Assembly: GCF_004010195.1 (NCBI RefSeq)
Contig: NC_057711.1
Coordinates: 81,955,549 to 82,019,548, forward strand
Reading direction: 5' to 3'
Source: Chiloscyllium plagiosum
Lineage: Eukaryota
Length of the DNA stretch: 64,000 nucleotides
A program made the translations under genes and the position numbers. The notes under the pieces were generated by a model. It saw only the letters and a list, made by a program, of their open reading frames with translations, searched no databases and was not told the origin of the DNA. Below are positions 1 to 14,502 of this stretch, piece after piece. The number at the start of each line of letters is the position of its first letter. The first letter of the stretch is position 1.

Positions 1-2099
1 CGCAACTTTATTGGAAGGTGTCTTCCCCTATCCCAGGCCTAGAGACCAAGTGGCTTCTTATGGCCCAGAATGGCAATTTAGGCCTGGTGCCTGGCTAGGC
101 AGTCTCCCAATGTGACAGGTCTTGTCCAGGAAGGACGGCCTCAACCTCAAGTGGCATTTTTGTCCCAGTGTGGAAGTCCTGTCCCATCATGGTGGTCTTC
201 TTCAGTGGCTTCTGGGTATTCGAGCAGCCTGGCATGAAGGTCTAGTTCTGGTGCAGAGGTCTCATCTTAGCGTAGAAGTCTCATCCTTGTTTCAGAGGCA
301 GCTTCTGGATCTCCAATGGTCCAGTGGGGAGGTCTAGTCCTGGCATGGAGAGCTTGTCTCGGTGTGGCAAGACGGTTTCGGCCTAGCGTGGTAGTCTTGG
401 CCTGGTCAAGCATGGCTGTTTTGGTCTGGTTTTCTAATGTACCCCAAACCCAGGATTTTTTAACTGAACTGTAATGGACTGTTGCATGTGTTTCTTCTTA
501 TTTATAACTTCTATCATTAATTTAGGTGCCATAGTTTGATAACTTATAAAACTTTTCACTTTGTTTTGTCAAAATACACATTACAATAAATTGCTGTTCT
601 ACTCTATTTTGTTCTAAACCAGAAACCACTGTCAAAATCTCTCTTGGCTAAAATATTATAAAAATCTGATAAACTTAAATATCAGGATTTCTAGTTGACT
701 TTCATCTGATTTGATGATCACACTGATTGTACAACTGTCAGAATTGTGATTTCAATGACAGGAAGCTGACTGACTTATGAAAAGTCTTTTTTTTCTTTGA
801 CATTGAACCCTTGGCCCCACTGGGGTATTTTCCCATTTGCCCTTACTCGCTATAGAGTTGTTCTGTCTTGTCTGTCACGTGATTGTGCATGTTTAAGGGG
901 GCAAAGTTTACCTCCTAGCAGCTGCTTTATTGATACAGAGTTTTGCCTTGTAAGAATATATTTGTTTATAATAAACACATTATTTTTGAGCTTAGTGAAG
1001 TAAACCTATGAATACAAAGTCTCTGTTGTCATGGTGAAAAAGGTAGAAAAGCAGAGTTGAGGATTATCCGATCCACCATGAACTCATTAAATGGCAGAAC
1101 AGATTCAATGGGCTAAGTGACCTATTTCTACTCTAATGTCTTATCGCCTAAACAATTGTAAAAGGTCACAAGTGTGGAGAAAAATAAAATAAAGCAGAAT
1201 TGCTCAGATTGAAATGGAATTTTACAAAGTTAATGTTGCTACATTTACGGAAGGTAGGAGAATGTACAATCAGGAGGAAAGCAAATTAAAAGATTTGAGG
1301 TAAAGTTGTCAAACATAATTAATGCTGATTGTACAAAAAGCTGTAGGTTTTCAACTCTGCATAGTAGGATGCTCAAGAAAAAAAACATAACTACCAGCAT
1401 TTGCTATCTATGCCTCCACCACCAATGAAACAGGATGTAGATTTTCAACTGAAAGAACTGTGGATGCTGTAAATCAGAAACAAAAACGGAAGTTTCGGGA
1501 AAATCTCAGCGGATCTAGCAGCATCTATGAAGAGAAATCAGAGTTAACTTTCGGGTCCAGTGACCCTTCCTCAGAAGATTTTCACCTTGGTGGTCCTGAA
1601 GCCAGGAATTGGGGAGTTGGGCAATTAACCAATATCATGATACTACCTTGAGTAGCTGTTTCTGACCACCTCTTGAGTAGCTGTTCCTGTAAAAAAACCT
1701 GGAGTCAAGGCTCTCACTTCCTGAAGCATTGGGGGAAGTAAATGAGGGTAGACATTGGGTTGGGCACAGATGAATCCATTCTGTCCCATGACTGATAAAA
1801 GACTCACAAGCAGTGCCATCTTAGTGCTGAAAAAAATTGTACGATGTTCTGTGAGGAGACAGCTCACCGAGAGACAACTGTGAGCCCCATTGCTGATTAG
1901 CTCATTCGGTAATCTACTGCTGCCCTTTAAAAGTTGGTATAGTATGAAAAAACTTTAAATGAACTCCCAACCCAGTGCTTGACTAATCTGTTATCTTTGA
2001 AGCTGAAACACAGATTTCTTGAGAGCAGTCTTTAGCTGCTCGCTCTTCAACTGACTTCCTCCTGTCAAATAGACACAACTGTGCTAGTGGACACAGCAG

Positions 2100-2232
2100 A
2101 GATTCCTGATGAAGGGCTCATGCCCGAAATGTTGATTTTCCTGCTCCTCAGATGCTGCCTGACCTACTGTGCTTTTCCAGCACCACTCTAATCTTCACTC
2201 TAATCTCCAGCATCTGCAGTCCTCAGTTTCGA
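2100..2232 (+). mobile_element. Penelope-derived terminal repeat with hammerhead-like core
   Basis: ttc-CTGATGA-a-GGGC-tcat-GCCC-GAAA followed by the family 3' sequence gatgctgcctgacct...cagcatctgcagtcctca. Confidence 0.75.
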
Positions 2233-3204
2233 CTGGTGGGTACAGCAGCTCAGCTCAGGTTTTATACAGTTCTTTACAATCCTACAATTCTTTACAACTA
2301 CCTGGTCTCTGGCACCTCAGTAGAGGAGGTGAGAAACTGAGCAATTCCTTGATTAATCCAAGTTTGACCTGATACCAAGGCATGTGTACCCCTCAAGGAA
2401 CTCTGTCCCCTTAAAATGTTGCTGCTCAGTCACAATGCATCCCACCCTGATACCCATACAGTAACAGTGAGGTTACCAAACCTCTACAAGGCAAAAATAC
2501 TGACATTCTGAACACAAAAGACTATCAGTTACCATCATGCCAAGTTAATAATGCGACATACATACGAATAAATGGAATTCATCAGCCCCAATCCCAGGAT
2601 GGCTGAAAATGGAAGCAGCCATGAAAACAGGGACATACCAGTCCTTCAGTTCATCAATAGAGAGCTCAAGATTTTAGTGCATAGGTGAAGACAGGTGGGT
2701 CATACTTATCCTCCAGGCCATAGGTTGCCCCAATCATAGCAAAGAAGGTATGAATGGGGATTGTGAAGGTGGTCAGCTGGTCACTGATGTACATGGGTGC
2801 AGTGCCAGAAACATTTTCATGATTTGCTGCATACTGGTAAGACAAGCAAGATTTTCACCAAGAGCTCCCTGTGGATCATAGACATATAAAGCACTTGGGG
2901 TCACAAGGTGCATGATGTTTCTCACCCTTGGAGAAATATGTGCCCAAGTCATTGAGATAGCATCAACCAAACGGGAAATCAAATTCAATCCCAGCGGAAA
3001 ATCCCTGTGCTGTGCAACACAGAGCTGCTTCATTACCCTTTCCCTCGTTCTCACAGGATGCACAAAAGAGGAAGAGGAAGTGGGACTGCATTGCTGAGGG
3101 CCAGATAAGCTGTGGAGGAGAATGCAAAAGGAGATCACAAGTATTCCATCTATTAAGCATCTGGTTGACAGCTAATACCCCATTCAGGTATAAAGGTTAT
3201 GGAA

Positions 3205-3532
3205 TCATACATTCCTTGCAGTGTGGAAACTGGCCATTCGACAAATCAGGTCCACACTCTGAAGAGCATCCTACCCAGACCCCCTACCCTATAATCCTGT
3301 ATTTCCCATGGATAACCCACCTAGCCTGCACATCCATGGACACTTTGGGCAATTTAGCATGGCCAATCCACATGTTTGATTGTGGGAGGAAATCAGAGCA
3401 CCGAGAGGAAACCCACACAGAGACAGGGAGAACATGCAAGCTCCACACGGCCAGTCGCCAGAGGCTGGAATCAGACCGGATCCCTGGTGCTGTGAGGCAG
3501 CAGTGCTAACCACTAAGCCACCATGTCATCCC
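3205..3532 (-). mobile_element. tRNA-derived V-SINE (HE1-like), diverged
   Basis: Reverse complement of the tRNA-like head (GGTTAGCACTGCTGCCTCACAGC) and V-domain seen in the 22071 and 55574 copies. Confidence 0.85.
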
Positions 3533-5769
3533 ACAGCGGGAGATGGCATCCTTGGGAATAGTCTGATGCAGATCTTGTGGAATGGCAGTGTTGAATGACG
3601 GAGGGTGCTGGTGGCATTTGCCACTACAGTTTAACCTAGCTGCATGTTGAACTATTGATGGAATGTTCAGTGTTGTCAATGGTGGTCATTAGGGTCTTCA
3701 AGCCTTACAGTTATATGCTTCTTTTTTTTTGGATTTGGATTGAAATGCTATCATGTACAAATTACCGTCTTAGACTGCCACAGTCATATGGCTTCCATCT
3801 CTACATCTCCAATAGTTTACTTATACATCACAATCTTTAGTATGGAAATAGAGAAACTATCTGATACAATTCCACAGTAAATATTTTGGTTTATGCAACA
3901 ACTGTGAAGATTTGAAAAAGTAGGAAATATAATTCCTTACTCAAACAAGATAATCCTGAGAAGACTACAAAGGAAGTTCTAATGTCACTCACCATACATA
4001 TCAGGTCATGACTCTATTCCTTCCTCACACCAGTTAAAATGTTGATGACAAAAACGGAGGTGGGAATTCCACATGCAGAGATAGCCTCTTATTGATTTTC
4101 AGACTAAGCATTTCTGGTGCTCATTTTTAAAGGGAATTAAATTCTAGTTTTATTTTATTAATTCATTACTAGCACCTCTGCATCAATATTATTCTAAAAC
4201 TAGTAGACAGGAATTGCAACAAAGCAGTCCCAGGCATTTATCCCTCCCTCTTTGGTCTCAACTCACTCATCTTGACAGGATGCAAAGATGGAGTAATAGG
4301 TGTAAACTTGTTAAATACTCGTTGAATAGAACAGTACATTCATCATTTTAAAAGATTCTACTACAACTGCAGGAAACAACTATACATCTTCTAAAATGCT
4401 GTACATTACAAATTATTTTTAAATAGTATTGTTCCATAAGCTACAAAATAATGTATTAAATTAAAGTGAACTCTAGTCATCAAAGCACAAAATGACTTCA
4501 ATATGAATCATTGCATTGACACATTGTGGATTATGGGCTAATTGCTAAGACTACACAGAGTTCATTATTTATAGCAACTGTCAGTGTTGATTGTCACTAA
4601 TAAAACTAGTTCAGTTATCAAATGAAATCCATAATTAAATTGATAGATGAGACACTCTGCATAATCAGAACATGTAGTAATGCAGTAATAATACTGCATA
4701 AGCAGACAGCAAAAGTCACAAGTGAAATCAGTTCCTGTTGAAAATTATGGATACAGATTAAGGACACTGAATTTATTACTAGGAATTCTTATTATCAGAA
4801 GCCAATACAGTATGTTACATTAACTATTTTTAATAGAATCAAAATGATCATGCAGCTGCAGATTACATGCAAGTAGAAATCTCTTTAATACTAGCTATGT
4901 TCATATTTTTGTTCTTGCTTTATAAGCCCTGCACACAAGAATCCCCAAAGTTTCAGCAAAGAAGAGGAAAGAAATTGATGAGGTAAGAGAAGAACAAAAT
5001 GACAGTAGACTACCTAAAGACAAAGAAACAACTTATGATTGTTTCTATTCGTATGTAAATAAGAGCTTAGTGAAAATAAGCTTTGGTCCATTAGAGGCAG
5101 AGACAGGTGAATTTGTAGCAGAGAATAACGAAATGGCAGAGATACTAACCAAATATATAGGCCTGGAGTTTTGCTGAGCCAGATGACTTGGAACCTTTTT
5201 AAAAATGGCAATTGGGTCTCATTTCAAGCTTCCTGATCCCATTCCCAGGGTTTCCAATTTCCACCAGGGCTATTCAAAGGTGCAGGCTGGTTTAATGGCA
5301 TGAACAGGCAACCTGGTCTCCAACCTTGCTGGGTTTAGTGCAGAGATAGGCATGGCCTACAACTTTGCAATTTTGATGGAGTTGGGCCAGTTTCTATAGG
5401 GCTTATGGATCATGATGCTCACTCTGTCCACAAGCCATGTTCTGACCTTCCCTCATCACTCATCATGGTTCCTCATGCCCCCAAGCCAACCTATGCCCCC
5501 TTCAATCAAATCCCATGGTTTCTCATACCCCCATATTAGGCTATGGCACTTCATTGCCCACAACACAACATATCGAATAATGAACCAAACAGTGGCAATG
5601 AAATGTGCAAGAAAATCTTTTCATAAGAAGTTATTTGTTCATTACTTTCCACAGCAAAATTTTCAAGCATTTGTGTTCTTGTAACTTTGTATAAATAACA
5701 AATATTATTTAAATGGAGACACACTACACAAAGCAGCCACACAGAAAATGACAAAAAAGTAGCATCCAA

Positions 5770-6340
5770 GGTTAGTTTGTAATAGGAACGGCAAATGGAA
5801 TGTTGACCTTTATTTCAAAGAGAATGAAGTATCAAAATATGAAAATCTTGTCAAAGCTATACAAGAACCTGATCATACCACATCCTGAATTTTGTGAACA
5901 GTTTTTGTCCTCTTATTTAAAGTAATATATACTTACATTGGTGGCAGTCCAGAGAAGGTTGGGCATGGAGGGATTTTCTTATGAGGAAAGTTTTAGCAGC
6001 TTGGACTTGTACTCATTGAAGTTTAATAGAATGAGAGGAGACCTTACTGAAACATACAGATTTATTAGGGGACTTGACAGGGTAGATGTGGACAGGTTAT
6101 TTCCCTTTGCAGGAAAGTCTGTGGCCAGAGAGTATAACCTCAGAGTTGGGATTACCATGTAAGACAGAAATGAGAAAGAATTTCTTTATCAGAGGATAAT
6201 GAATCTGTTGAATTTTTTTACTGCAGAGGCGAGGTTGTTAAGTATAGCCAAGGCTGAGATAGACAGATCATTAATAAGTAAGAGCATCAAGGGCTATGTG
6301 GAAAAGACAGGAAACTGGAGTTGAGGATTATCAGATCAAA
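5770..6340 (+). mobile_element. CR1 LINE 3' fragment
   Basis: LYSLKFNRMRGDLTETYRFIRGLDRVD, a CR1 ORF2 C-terminal motif. Confidence 0.85.
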
Positions 6341-7586
6341 TCACGATACAATCTATAGAAACAATGAAATCTGCAGCAACAATAAGACATGTAAAAAAAG
6401 ATTTTTATAAAAACGAGTCATTCGTTCACTACTTTCTTCTTTCTGCAAGCCAATAAAAGGTCAATCATCCAGGCTCTTTAAAGTGTCAATACCATAAATG
6501 AGGCTTGGCTGAGAGCCCAAATATCCATTGGAGTGCTGAAATGGATGAGACCCAAAGGAAACATTGCTTGATTAACAATTCTGGCTTTCTGTTCCATCTT
6601 GTCAAGTATATAATGTTTATTTAGACCATAGGAGTAGAAGTAGGTCATTCAGTCCAGCAAGGCAAAAGTGGGTACTGCAGATGCTGGAATTCAGAGTCTA
6701 GATTAGAGCAAGTCTGTCCTTCTATTCTAGATGTTGATCTTCTCAATGCCACTATCTCCATATCCTTTAATGTTGTTAATCACAGAAACCTATTGATTTC
6801 TATCCTGAACCCACTCAATGATTCAGTTTCCATAGCCCTCAAGAGTAGAGCACTGGTTCCCAGCCTTTTCAGATGAAGACTCGTGCTGCATGACTAAGTA
6901 GATTTCCATTCTCCTTAACATGCATGGTGACAAATTTCAGCAGACACGGCCTTCAGTAATATGCCCGAAACGTCAATTCTCCTGCTCCTTTGATGCTGCT
7001 GACCTGCTGCGCTTTTCCAGCAACACATTTTCCAGCTTCAGTAATATATACCAAGGATTTGGAGGAGTTGGTAGCTCGGATGCAAACTTTTTGCGGCATT
7101 CTTCTTACCTTGGCCACCAGTTAAAAACCACTGGAGTAGAGAATGCCAAGGATTCACTATCCTCCAAGTGAAGAAATTCCTCCTCCTCAAACTTAAATGA
7201 GGTAGGTGGTGACAGGATGTCAGGGGTGAGGACGAGAGTTTTTATGAAAACTGAAGAGAACAAATCCCACAGCACTGATGAAAATTCTTTAAGCAGCCTA
7301 ATACTATAGCAAACGGTCCATTTGCTGTCTCCAACCTCTTGTCCAAGTTGGCTGCCCTGTCTGCAGATGGCTTCCACCCTCCAGGAATGAAGTCACTTTC
7401 TCCAGAGGCAAAGGCACAAAGCAGGAAATTCACCCAACTCCCATTAATTGCCTCTTGAATGAAACTTCATATTTTTATGTCTATTGAAGCCAAAACAAAT
7501 ACCAGAAGTCATGAGGAAGACAGAGTCTAGAAGGAATGAGCTTAAAGAAATCAGTGTAATAAAACTTGACTGGAGAAATTAATGAG

Positions 7587-7768
7587 GAGGAGGAGGGTCA
7601 ATATTTCAGGCAAAAGCCCTTCATCAGGAAGGGCTCATTCCTGATGAAGGGCTTTTGCCTGAAACATTGACTCTCCTACTCCTTGGACGCTGCCTGTCCT
7701 GCTGTGCTCTTCCAGCACCACACTCCCGACTCTAATCTCCAGCATCTGCAGTCCTCACTTTTGCCCTA
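7587..7768. mobile_element. Penelope-derived fold-back element with two opposed hammerhead cores, inserted in a CR1
   Basis: Inverted arms around aagggctcatt; CTGATGA at 7641; exact 14-bp TSD GAGAAATTAATGAG at 7573-7586 and 7769-7782. Confidence 0.8.
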
Positions 7769-7782
7769 GAGAAATTAATGAG

Positions 7783-8545
7783 TCTAAGTGGCATGGACCT
7801 GATGATCTGCATCTTATGATCCAAAAAAAAAGTCATAACCTAAAAATTGGATGCATTGCTTTTGATTTTCCAGAATTTTAGATTCCAGAAGAGTTTCCAA
7901 GAATTAGAAGGCAGCAAACATAACCCTGTTCTTTAAGAAAGAATGAAGAGAGGAAACGGAGTTCTAAAGGTCAGTGAACCTAACATCATTAGTGAGATAA
8001 TCAATTATGAATAATTGGAGCCCTTAGAAAATCAGAATATATTCAAGCAGAGTTAACGTCAGTTTATGAACGATAAATTTAATTTGACAAATTTGATAAG
8101 AATTCTTTGAGGATGTAACTAGCAGATTGGATAAAAGAGAACCAATGAATGAAATGTATTCAGATTTTCAAAAGCACTTAATGAGTTGTCATGCAAAAAA
8201 GTTTATGATATCTAATTATGTCACAAGGGATTGGGAGTAATGTATAAGCATGGAATAAGGATTATTTAATTGATAGAAAGCAAAGAGTAGAAATAAATAT
8301 AATACTTTCTGATATAATTAGTATGGTATACTTAGGCCTCAACTATTTACAATCTATAGTAATGACTAAGGTGAGGGGGCAGACTGTCAAATATCCAACT
8401 TCTCTGACAATATGCAGCTAAGTCCCCCAGATGAAGAGTGGATCTGAGGAGAGTGCAAGCAACTAGAATTGGTTTTGAATATTAGCCATGAGCTTGCTGA
8501 ATGTCAAACTTCACAATGGGCTCACTGGCCGACTCCTGCTTTTAT
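7783..8545 (+). mobile_element. Old CR1 LINE fragment (RT region to 3' end)
   Basis: Degenerate GPDDLH..., FEDVT...D and DFQKA motifs, plus a CR1-like 3' end. Confidence 0.7.
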
Positions 8546-9596
8546 TTCATCATCGTGATACTATGGGACCCTGTGAGAGGTTTTCAATGAGAACACATAA
8601 CATAGGGCAATGACCAGCCTATTGCCTTCCTGCTTGTCCCTGAACCTTCCCTATAAAAATGAAGCCAGGAAAACATCAAAATCAGCACCCTCTATATCAT
8701 ATTTAAAATGATAATTAACAGCAATTGAGTTTCATAATAAAATGTACTTAATCTTATGCTGTGAACATAATGTGGTTGGCATGGGAAGATGAGTGAGTAG
8801 GTTTTTTTTAATTAGACTATTGAAAGATAGGAAGGAAGGGGGCATACATACTTCAGGGGTGCTCTGTGTGCATCAGGAGCATCCCTCAAAGATGTTACCA
8901 CCCAACTCCCTGCCTTTGTCAGTTTTCACTCACCACTCCTCTCCTTAGCCACAAATCAGATTAGCTAGCAGATTGCAAGAGTAATACTTTCTTTCTCTGA
9001 GGGATGGAAGTCCCATTCTCGATTAAGGCTACCTACGTATGTTATTGCTGCGGAATGATCTTTTGTAATGTGTGTCATGGGAACTGGGGAGGAGAGCAGT
9101 ACACTGTCCCCCACCACCACCCCCACCTTGTAAAACATAGCTCTGTAAGACCTTATGTTCTGATCTTGTTTCTAATCAAGAAAGATTGTGAGATTGTGAT
9201 AAAAAGTTGTTCTGCTTGACATAGCTATGATTTGTTTGGCAGTACTGGTGCTTAAGCAGCTCATCAACAGCTTGAAGTGTGAAAATGAGAATGAATGCAG
9301 ACACAGTCCTTGGTGTCAGTTTCTGCCTCGTGAAAACACATTTCTGAAACATGTTTCTGATGGAAATACTGACATGCATCTGGAGGTTTAGTCCACAGAA
9401 ACAGGCTGACTTTAATAATTGTTCCTAATGGAGAGAAAACATGCCCATATATTCACACACAAAATGTTATTTGCAATGTATGCTAGAAGACATGCACAGA
9501 ACAAGTTTGTTAGTCAAGTTTGTTGGCTTTTAGATCTTTATCGTTTTTTTTCCTGTCTTTTCCATGTTATTGTGCACTGACAATATAGTATCTAAC

Positions 9597-9660
9597 CTCT
9601 TTCTGAACACCATGAACATAAAATGTCTTCCCATCGAATTTCAATTTGCTGACATCAGAC
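9597..9660 (-). CDS. FRMD3: FRMD3 internal coding exon (64 nt)
   Basis: ttttttccag|G TCT GAT...AAA GAG|gttaga. Translates (W)SDVSKLKFDGKTFYVHGVQKE. Confidence 0.94.
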
Positions 9661-9692
9661 CTGGAAAAAAAGGAAAAAAACACATGAGGAGC

Positions 9693-10480
9693 TTAGGAGA
9701 AAATGAGGACTGCAGATACTAGAGATCAGTCGAGAGTGTGGTGCTAGAAAAGCACAGAAGGTAAGGTAGCATCCGAGGAGCAAGAGAATCAACATTTCCG
9801 GCATAGGCCCTTCATCAGGAATGAGGCTTGTGGGCCAGGAGACTGAGATAAATGGGAGGGGGTGGGGTTGGGGGGGGGGGGAAAGGTAGCTGAGAATGTG
9901 ATAGGTACATGAAGGTGGGGGAGAAGGTGATAGGTCGGAGAGGAGGGTGAAGCGGACAGATGGGAAAGGTGATGGACAGGTCAAGAGGGTGGTGTTCTTC
10001 CTCCAGGCGTCGGGTGATAAGGGTTTGGTAATGGAGGAGGCCCAGGATCTGCACATCCTTGGCAGAGAAGGAGGGGCAGTTGAAGGGTTTAGCCATAGGG
10101 TGATGGGGTTGGTTGGTGCGGGTGTCAGAGAACATCATATTCCACCTTGGGACCCTGTAACCACACAGAATCAATGTGGATTTCACCAGTTTCCTCATTT
10201 CCCTTCCCCCCCACATTGTCCCAGTCTCAAGCCTTCAACTCGGCGCCGCCCTCTTGACCTGTCTATCATCTATCCACCCCACCCTCCTCTCCGACCTATC
10301 ACCTTCTCCCCCACCTTCATCTACCTATCAAATTCTCAGCTATCTTCCCCCCAATCCCACCCTCCCACTCCCATTTACCTTTCAGCCTCCTGGTCTACAA
10401 GCCTCATTCCTGATGAAGGGTTTATGCCCGAAACGTCGATTCTCCTGCTTCTCAGATGCTTTTCCAGCAACACACTCTCG
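9693..10480. mobile_element. Penelope-like element fragment with inverted terminal arms and hammerhead cores
   Basis: Arms at about 9720-9990 and 10250-10480 are reverse complements. Internal HHPMAKPFN / ILGLLHYQT...RRLEEEH resembles the GIY-YIG C-terminus. TSD acacatga(g/a)agc at 9680-9692 and 10481-10493. Confidence 0.85.
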
Positions 10481-12029
10481 ACACATGAGAAGCATGACAA
10501 TAATGGAAAATTAATCAAATGTGTTACTCTCCACACATGGGAAATGTAAAAATATGATCAGTTTAGAAAAATATCAAGCCAAAAAAGAATATAGAAATAA
10601 GAGGAGGCTATTCACTCTTTTCCGTCTGTTCAGCCATTCAATTAAATTAGGTTGGATATCTATCTTAATTCCAGCTACACAACCTGATACCATAAGTGTT
10701 AATAGACTATCAAACAAAAATCGACCAATCTCAGTTCTGATATTTTCAATTAACCTAGCCACAACAGCTTTTGAAGGACAGAGTTGTAGATTTTCTCTAT
10801 TCTTCATGTGCAAACTATTACGATCCCTGAAATTAAAATTTGAGATGAAGGCCATTTGTTCTCTCCTAGAAAAGCATTATTCTCTCCTGGCTCCACCAAA
10901 TAGTATTTTAGCTTTAATATCCTTTTGTTTCAGGGCTTAGTTCCTTTGGTCCCCAGTGACATCCTTATCCTATCTGATTTCAGTGGCCAGGCAATCATTC
11001 ACTGCCTGTTTCCCAGGTCTGGAAATAGGCAGGAGGCTGTTAAAATTGGTCAACTTGCCTGGCTACTGTCCTTCTCAGATGAGCACACTGTTTGCTTCAT
11101 TGTTTGGAAGCTAAAAATGAGAACAACATGTCAAAAGTACTTAATTGGTTGCACTTTGGGATTTCCTAAGGAAATCAAAGGAACTACAAATGCAACTGAT
11201 TTATTTTTCTTTATTTCTTATATCCAGAGCTTTCTATGAAACCATCCTATTTTGCACAAGTTTCTTCAGTTTTCTTGCAATAGATGAACTAACTCCTTGA
11301 TAAGGTTTACCAAAAACTTGCTGTGAGTTTTATGCTAATACTGTAGCTATTTAAATAACACCACATAAAAATGTGAGTATAGATGTCACTTTAGGAGTTC
11401 CAAATGTGTTGCTAGTGGTGAGGAATACAGGTTCACAACATAGAAGTACACAACATAATATAGAACAACATTTAAGACATTTTGCATTAAACCCATATTA
11501 CAATAACAGGTTAAGACTGTTCAATATGCCAATGAGATAGTATGCATTATCAAAGGTCATGATGCAATGTCATTTGATCTTGCTCTCCCTTGTAGCAAAA
11601 TACAGTCACAGAGATGTTTCTTCAATAACATTAATGTTTTCCTTACTTCAAGCACTCTCAATTTTTTGTTTGCAGCACAGCAAGACTAAGAATATTACTT
11701 GGTGGCAGTGAGTGAAAGAACAAATTAGAAAGGTCTAAGTCATTGTCAAAATGCTGCAAACAGGTCACAGGTCCTGCAGATGTGTGCTGAGTGGGTGAGA
11801 TGATTTACAATTATTACACATGCCAGCTTCGCTAAAAACCGAGCACAATGCAAGTCAATACAATATTATATAGAATGGGTACCTATGCAGACAATATCCT
11901 ACTCAGGCAAATGTTAGATGCTAAAAAAGCTATGGAGAAGGAAGTAACAAAAGCACTCAATGACTACTTCAACCAACAAGCAAAGAAACACCTACTGTCC
12001 GAACCTGTTTTGCCACTTTAAATAACTTA

Positions 12030-12630
12030 TGCACATATAAACTGAGGTCTCTCTGTTTCTGCACTTTAGAGTTATACATTTTATGCTTTATTGTCTGTCC
12101 ATGTTCTTCCTACCAACACACATCTCACTCTCCTCCACTGAATCGGACTTCATCAACTTGCCTATGTCCTTCTAAAGTTTTCACTAACCTTTTCATAGTT
12201 TAAAATGCTTTCATGTTTCATATTAATCACAAGTTGTGAAAATTTGCCCTGGACACCAACGTCTATTAATATATAATCCAGAAAAGCAAAGATCTTAATA
12301 CTGATTCATGGGAACTCAACTGCAACCAATCCAAAGAATCAACTATTAACAATTTCTGTCTGTTTCCTGTCACTTAGCTATTTTTAAAAAATCTATACTA
12401 TGACTATTCATCTTATTTCATGAGTTCTAATTTTGCTCACAAGTCTGCTGTGCAACACTATATCAACAGCCTTTTGAAAGTTCAAACTCTTACATCAACA
12501 GCACTGCACTCACCAACCCTCTATGTTATCTCTTCAAAAACTCCAGCAAGTTAGTTAAATATGACTTTCCCTTAAGAAATCCATGCTGGTTACTTAATAA
12601 CCCACAATTGTCCACGTGTCCATTAATCTT
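12030..12630 (-). mobile_element. Old CR1 RT fragment
   Basis: Reverse strand shows QHGFLKGKS, FFEEIT and DFQKA-like motifs. Confidence 0.65.
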
Positions 12631-14502
12631 GTTTTTTTTCAGATGGTAACCAGGCAGGGCCGGGTGCTACATGTGCATAGTTTTCAAGGAGGGTCACTCA
12701 ACCTGAAACATTAACTCTGATTTCTCTCCACAGATGCTGCCAGACTTGCTGTGTTTTTCCAGCAATTTCTATTTTTGTCTCTGATTTACAGCATCCGTAG
12801 TTCATTCAATTTTTATGTGTAGTCATTTTCTCCTGCACTTGTGGAAATCCAGCAATGGCAGTGAATAACGTTGGCTTTCTGTTTATTCTTTGAACAACCT
12901 AATAAATTCATTCATTCTTTGAAAAGTGTTACTTCCTGAATGCAGTTATGTGTGGCAAACTGTGATATACCACACATCCTCAGTGCAACCCTGGAAAAAC
13001 CTGAAGGTGGGAGATAATGAGAACTGCAGATGCTTGAGAAGTCAGAGTCTGTAAAGAGTGGGGCTGGAAAAAGCACAGCAGGTCAGGCAGCATCTGAGGA
13101 GCAAGAGGGTCAATGTTTTAGGCATAACCCTTCATCAAGACACTGCAGGTGATGGCGTCATTGACAGTGTGTATTGCTTACCAATCCAAGAGTTCATAGA
13201 ACTTCCTGAAGGAATGGTCAAAGGGGAGTGATGACATCCTGTAATATTCTCAGCCAACTCTGGCAATGCCACTCTGATAGTTGAAGCTAGCTGTACTGGC
13301 TGTGAGATATTCAATAGCTCAATGTCACACATGATCTTGGTTACCCAGCATCCTGCACTGTTTGACCACTTACTGTCACTCCTTGTGACTGTCGTGGTCT
13401 CTGCTCTAGCTGGTCATGGACCACCCTCTACAGATTTCTCGACAGCTGCACCAATTTACCAGTTAGAAGAAAGAATGAGTGTACTTCACTCATCATCTTG
13501 CCTGCCTGAGATAATCTGTGAACAAATTGCAGGGAACAATGTGGTCAGCAGAGACTTCAAGACCTTTCCTCCTGTCCTGAGCACAGAGTCATAGAGTCAT
13601 AGAGATGTACAGCATGGAACTCATCCATGCCAACCAGCTATCCCAACCCAATCTAGTCCCACCTCCCAGCAACCGGCCCATATCCCTCCAAACCCTTCCT
13701 ATTCATATATCCATCCAGGTGCCTTTTAAATGTTGCAATTGTACTAGCCTCCACCACTTCCTCTGGCAGCTCATTCCATACACATACCATCCTCTGTGTC
13801 AAAATTTTGCCCCTTAGGTCTCTTTTAAATTTTTCCCCTCTCACCCTAAACCTATACCCTCCAGTTCTGGACTGCCCACCCCAGGGAAGAGACTTGGTCT
13901 ATTTATCCTATCCATGCTCCTCATAATTTTATAAACCTCTATAAAGGTCACCCCTCAGCCTTCAATGCTTTAGGGAAAACAGCCCCAGCATATTCAACCT
14001 CTCCTATAGCTCAAATCCTCCAACCCTGGCAACATGCTTGTAAATCTTTTCTGAACCCTTTCAAGTTTCCCAAAATCTTTCCAATAGAAAGGAGACCAGA
14101 ATTGCACATAATTTTCCAAAAGTGGCCTAACCAATGTCCTATACAGCCGCAACATGACCTCTCAACTCATGCACTCAATGCTCTGATCAAGAAAGGAAAG
14201 CATACCAAATGCCTTCTTCACTATCCTATCTACCTGCAACTCTACTTTCAAGGAACTATGAACCTGCACTCCAAGTTCTCTTTGTTCAGCAACACTCCCG
14301 AAGACCTTACCATTAAGTGTATAAATCCTGCTAAGATTTGGTTTCCCAAAATGCAGTACCTCGCATTTATCTAAATTAAACTCCATCTGCCACTTCTCAG
14401 CCCATTGGCCCATCTGATCAAGATCCCATTGTAACCCGAGTTAACGTTCTTCATTGCCCACTACACCTCCAATTTTGGTGTCATCTGCAAACTTACTAAC
14501 TA

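Noticed and set aside
9230..9300. Minus-strand FHTS resembling the next FRMD3 exon (AFHTSTPAACKHLWK)
   Set aside because: A stop codon follows and there is no HLWKC motif. I did not find the next or the previous FRMD3 exon in the window.
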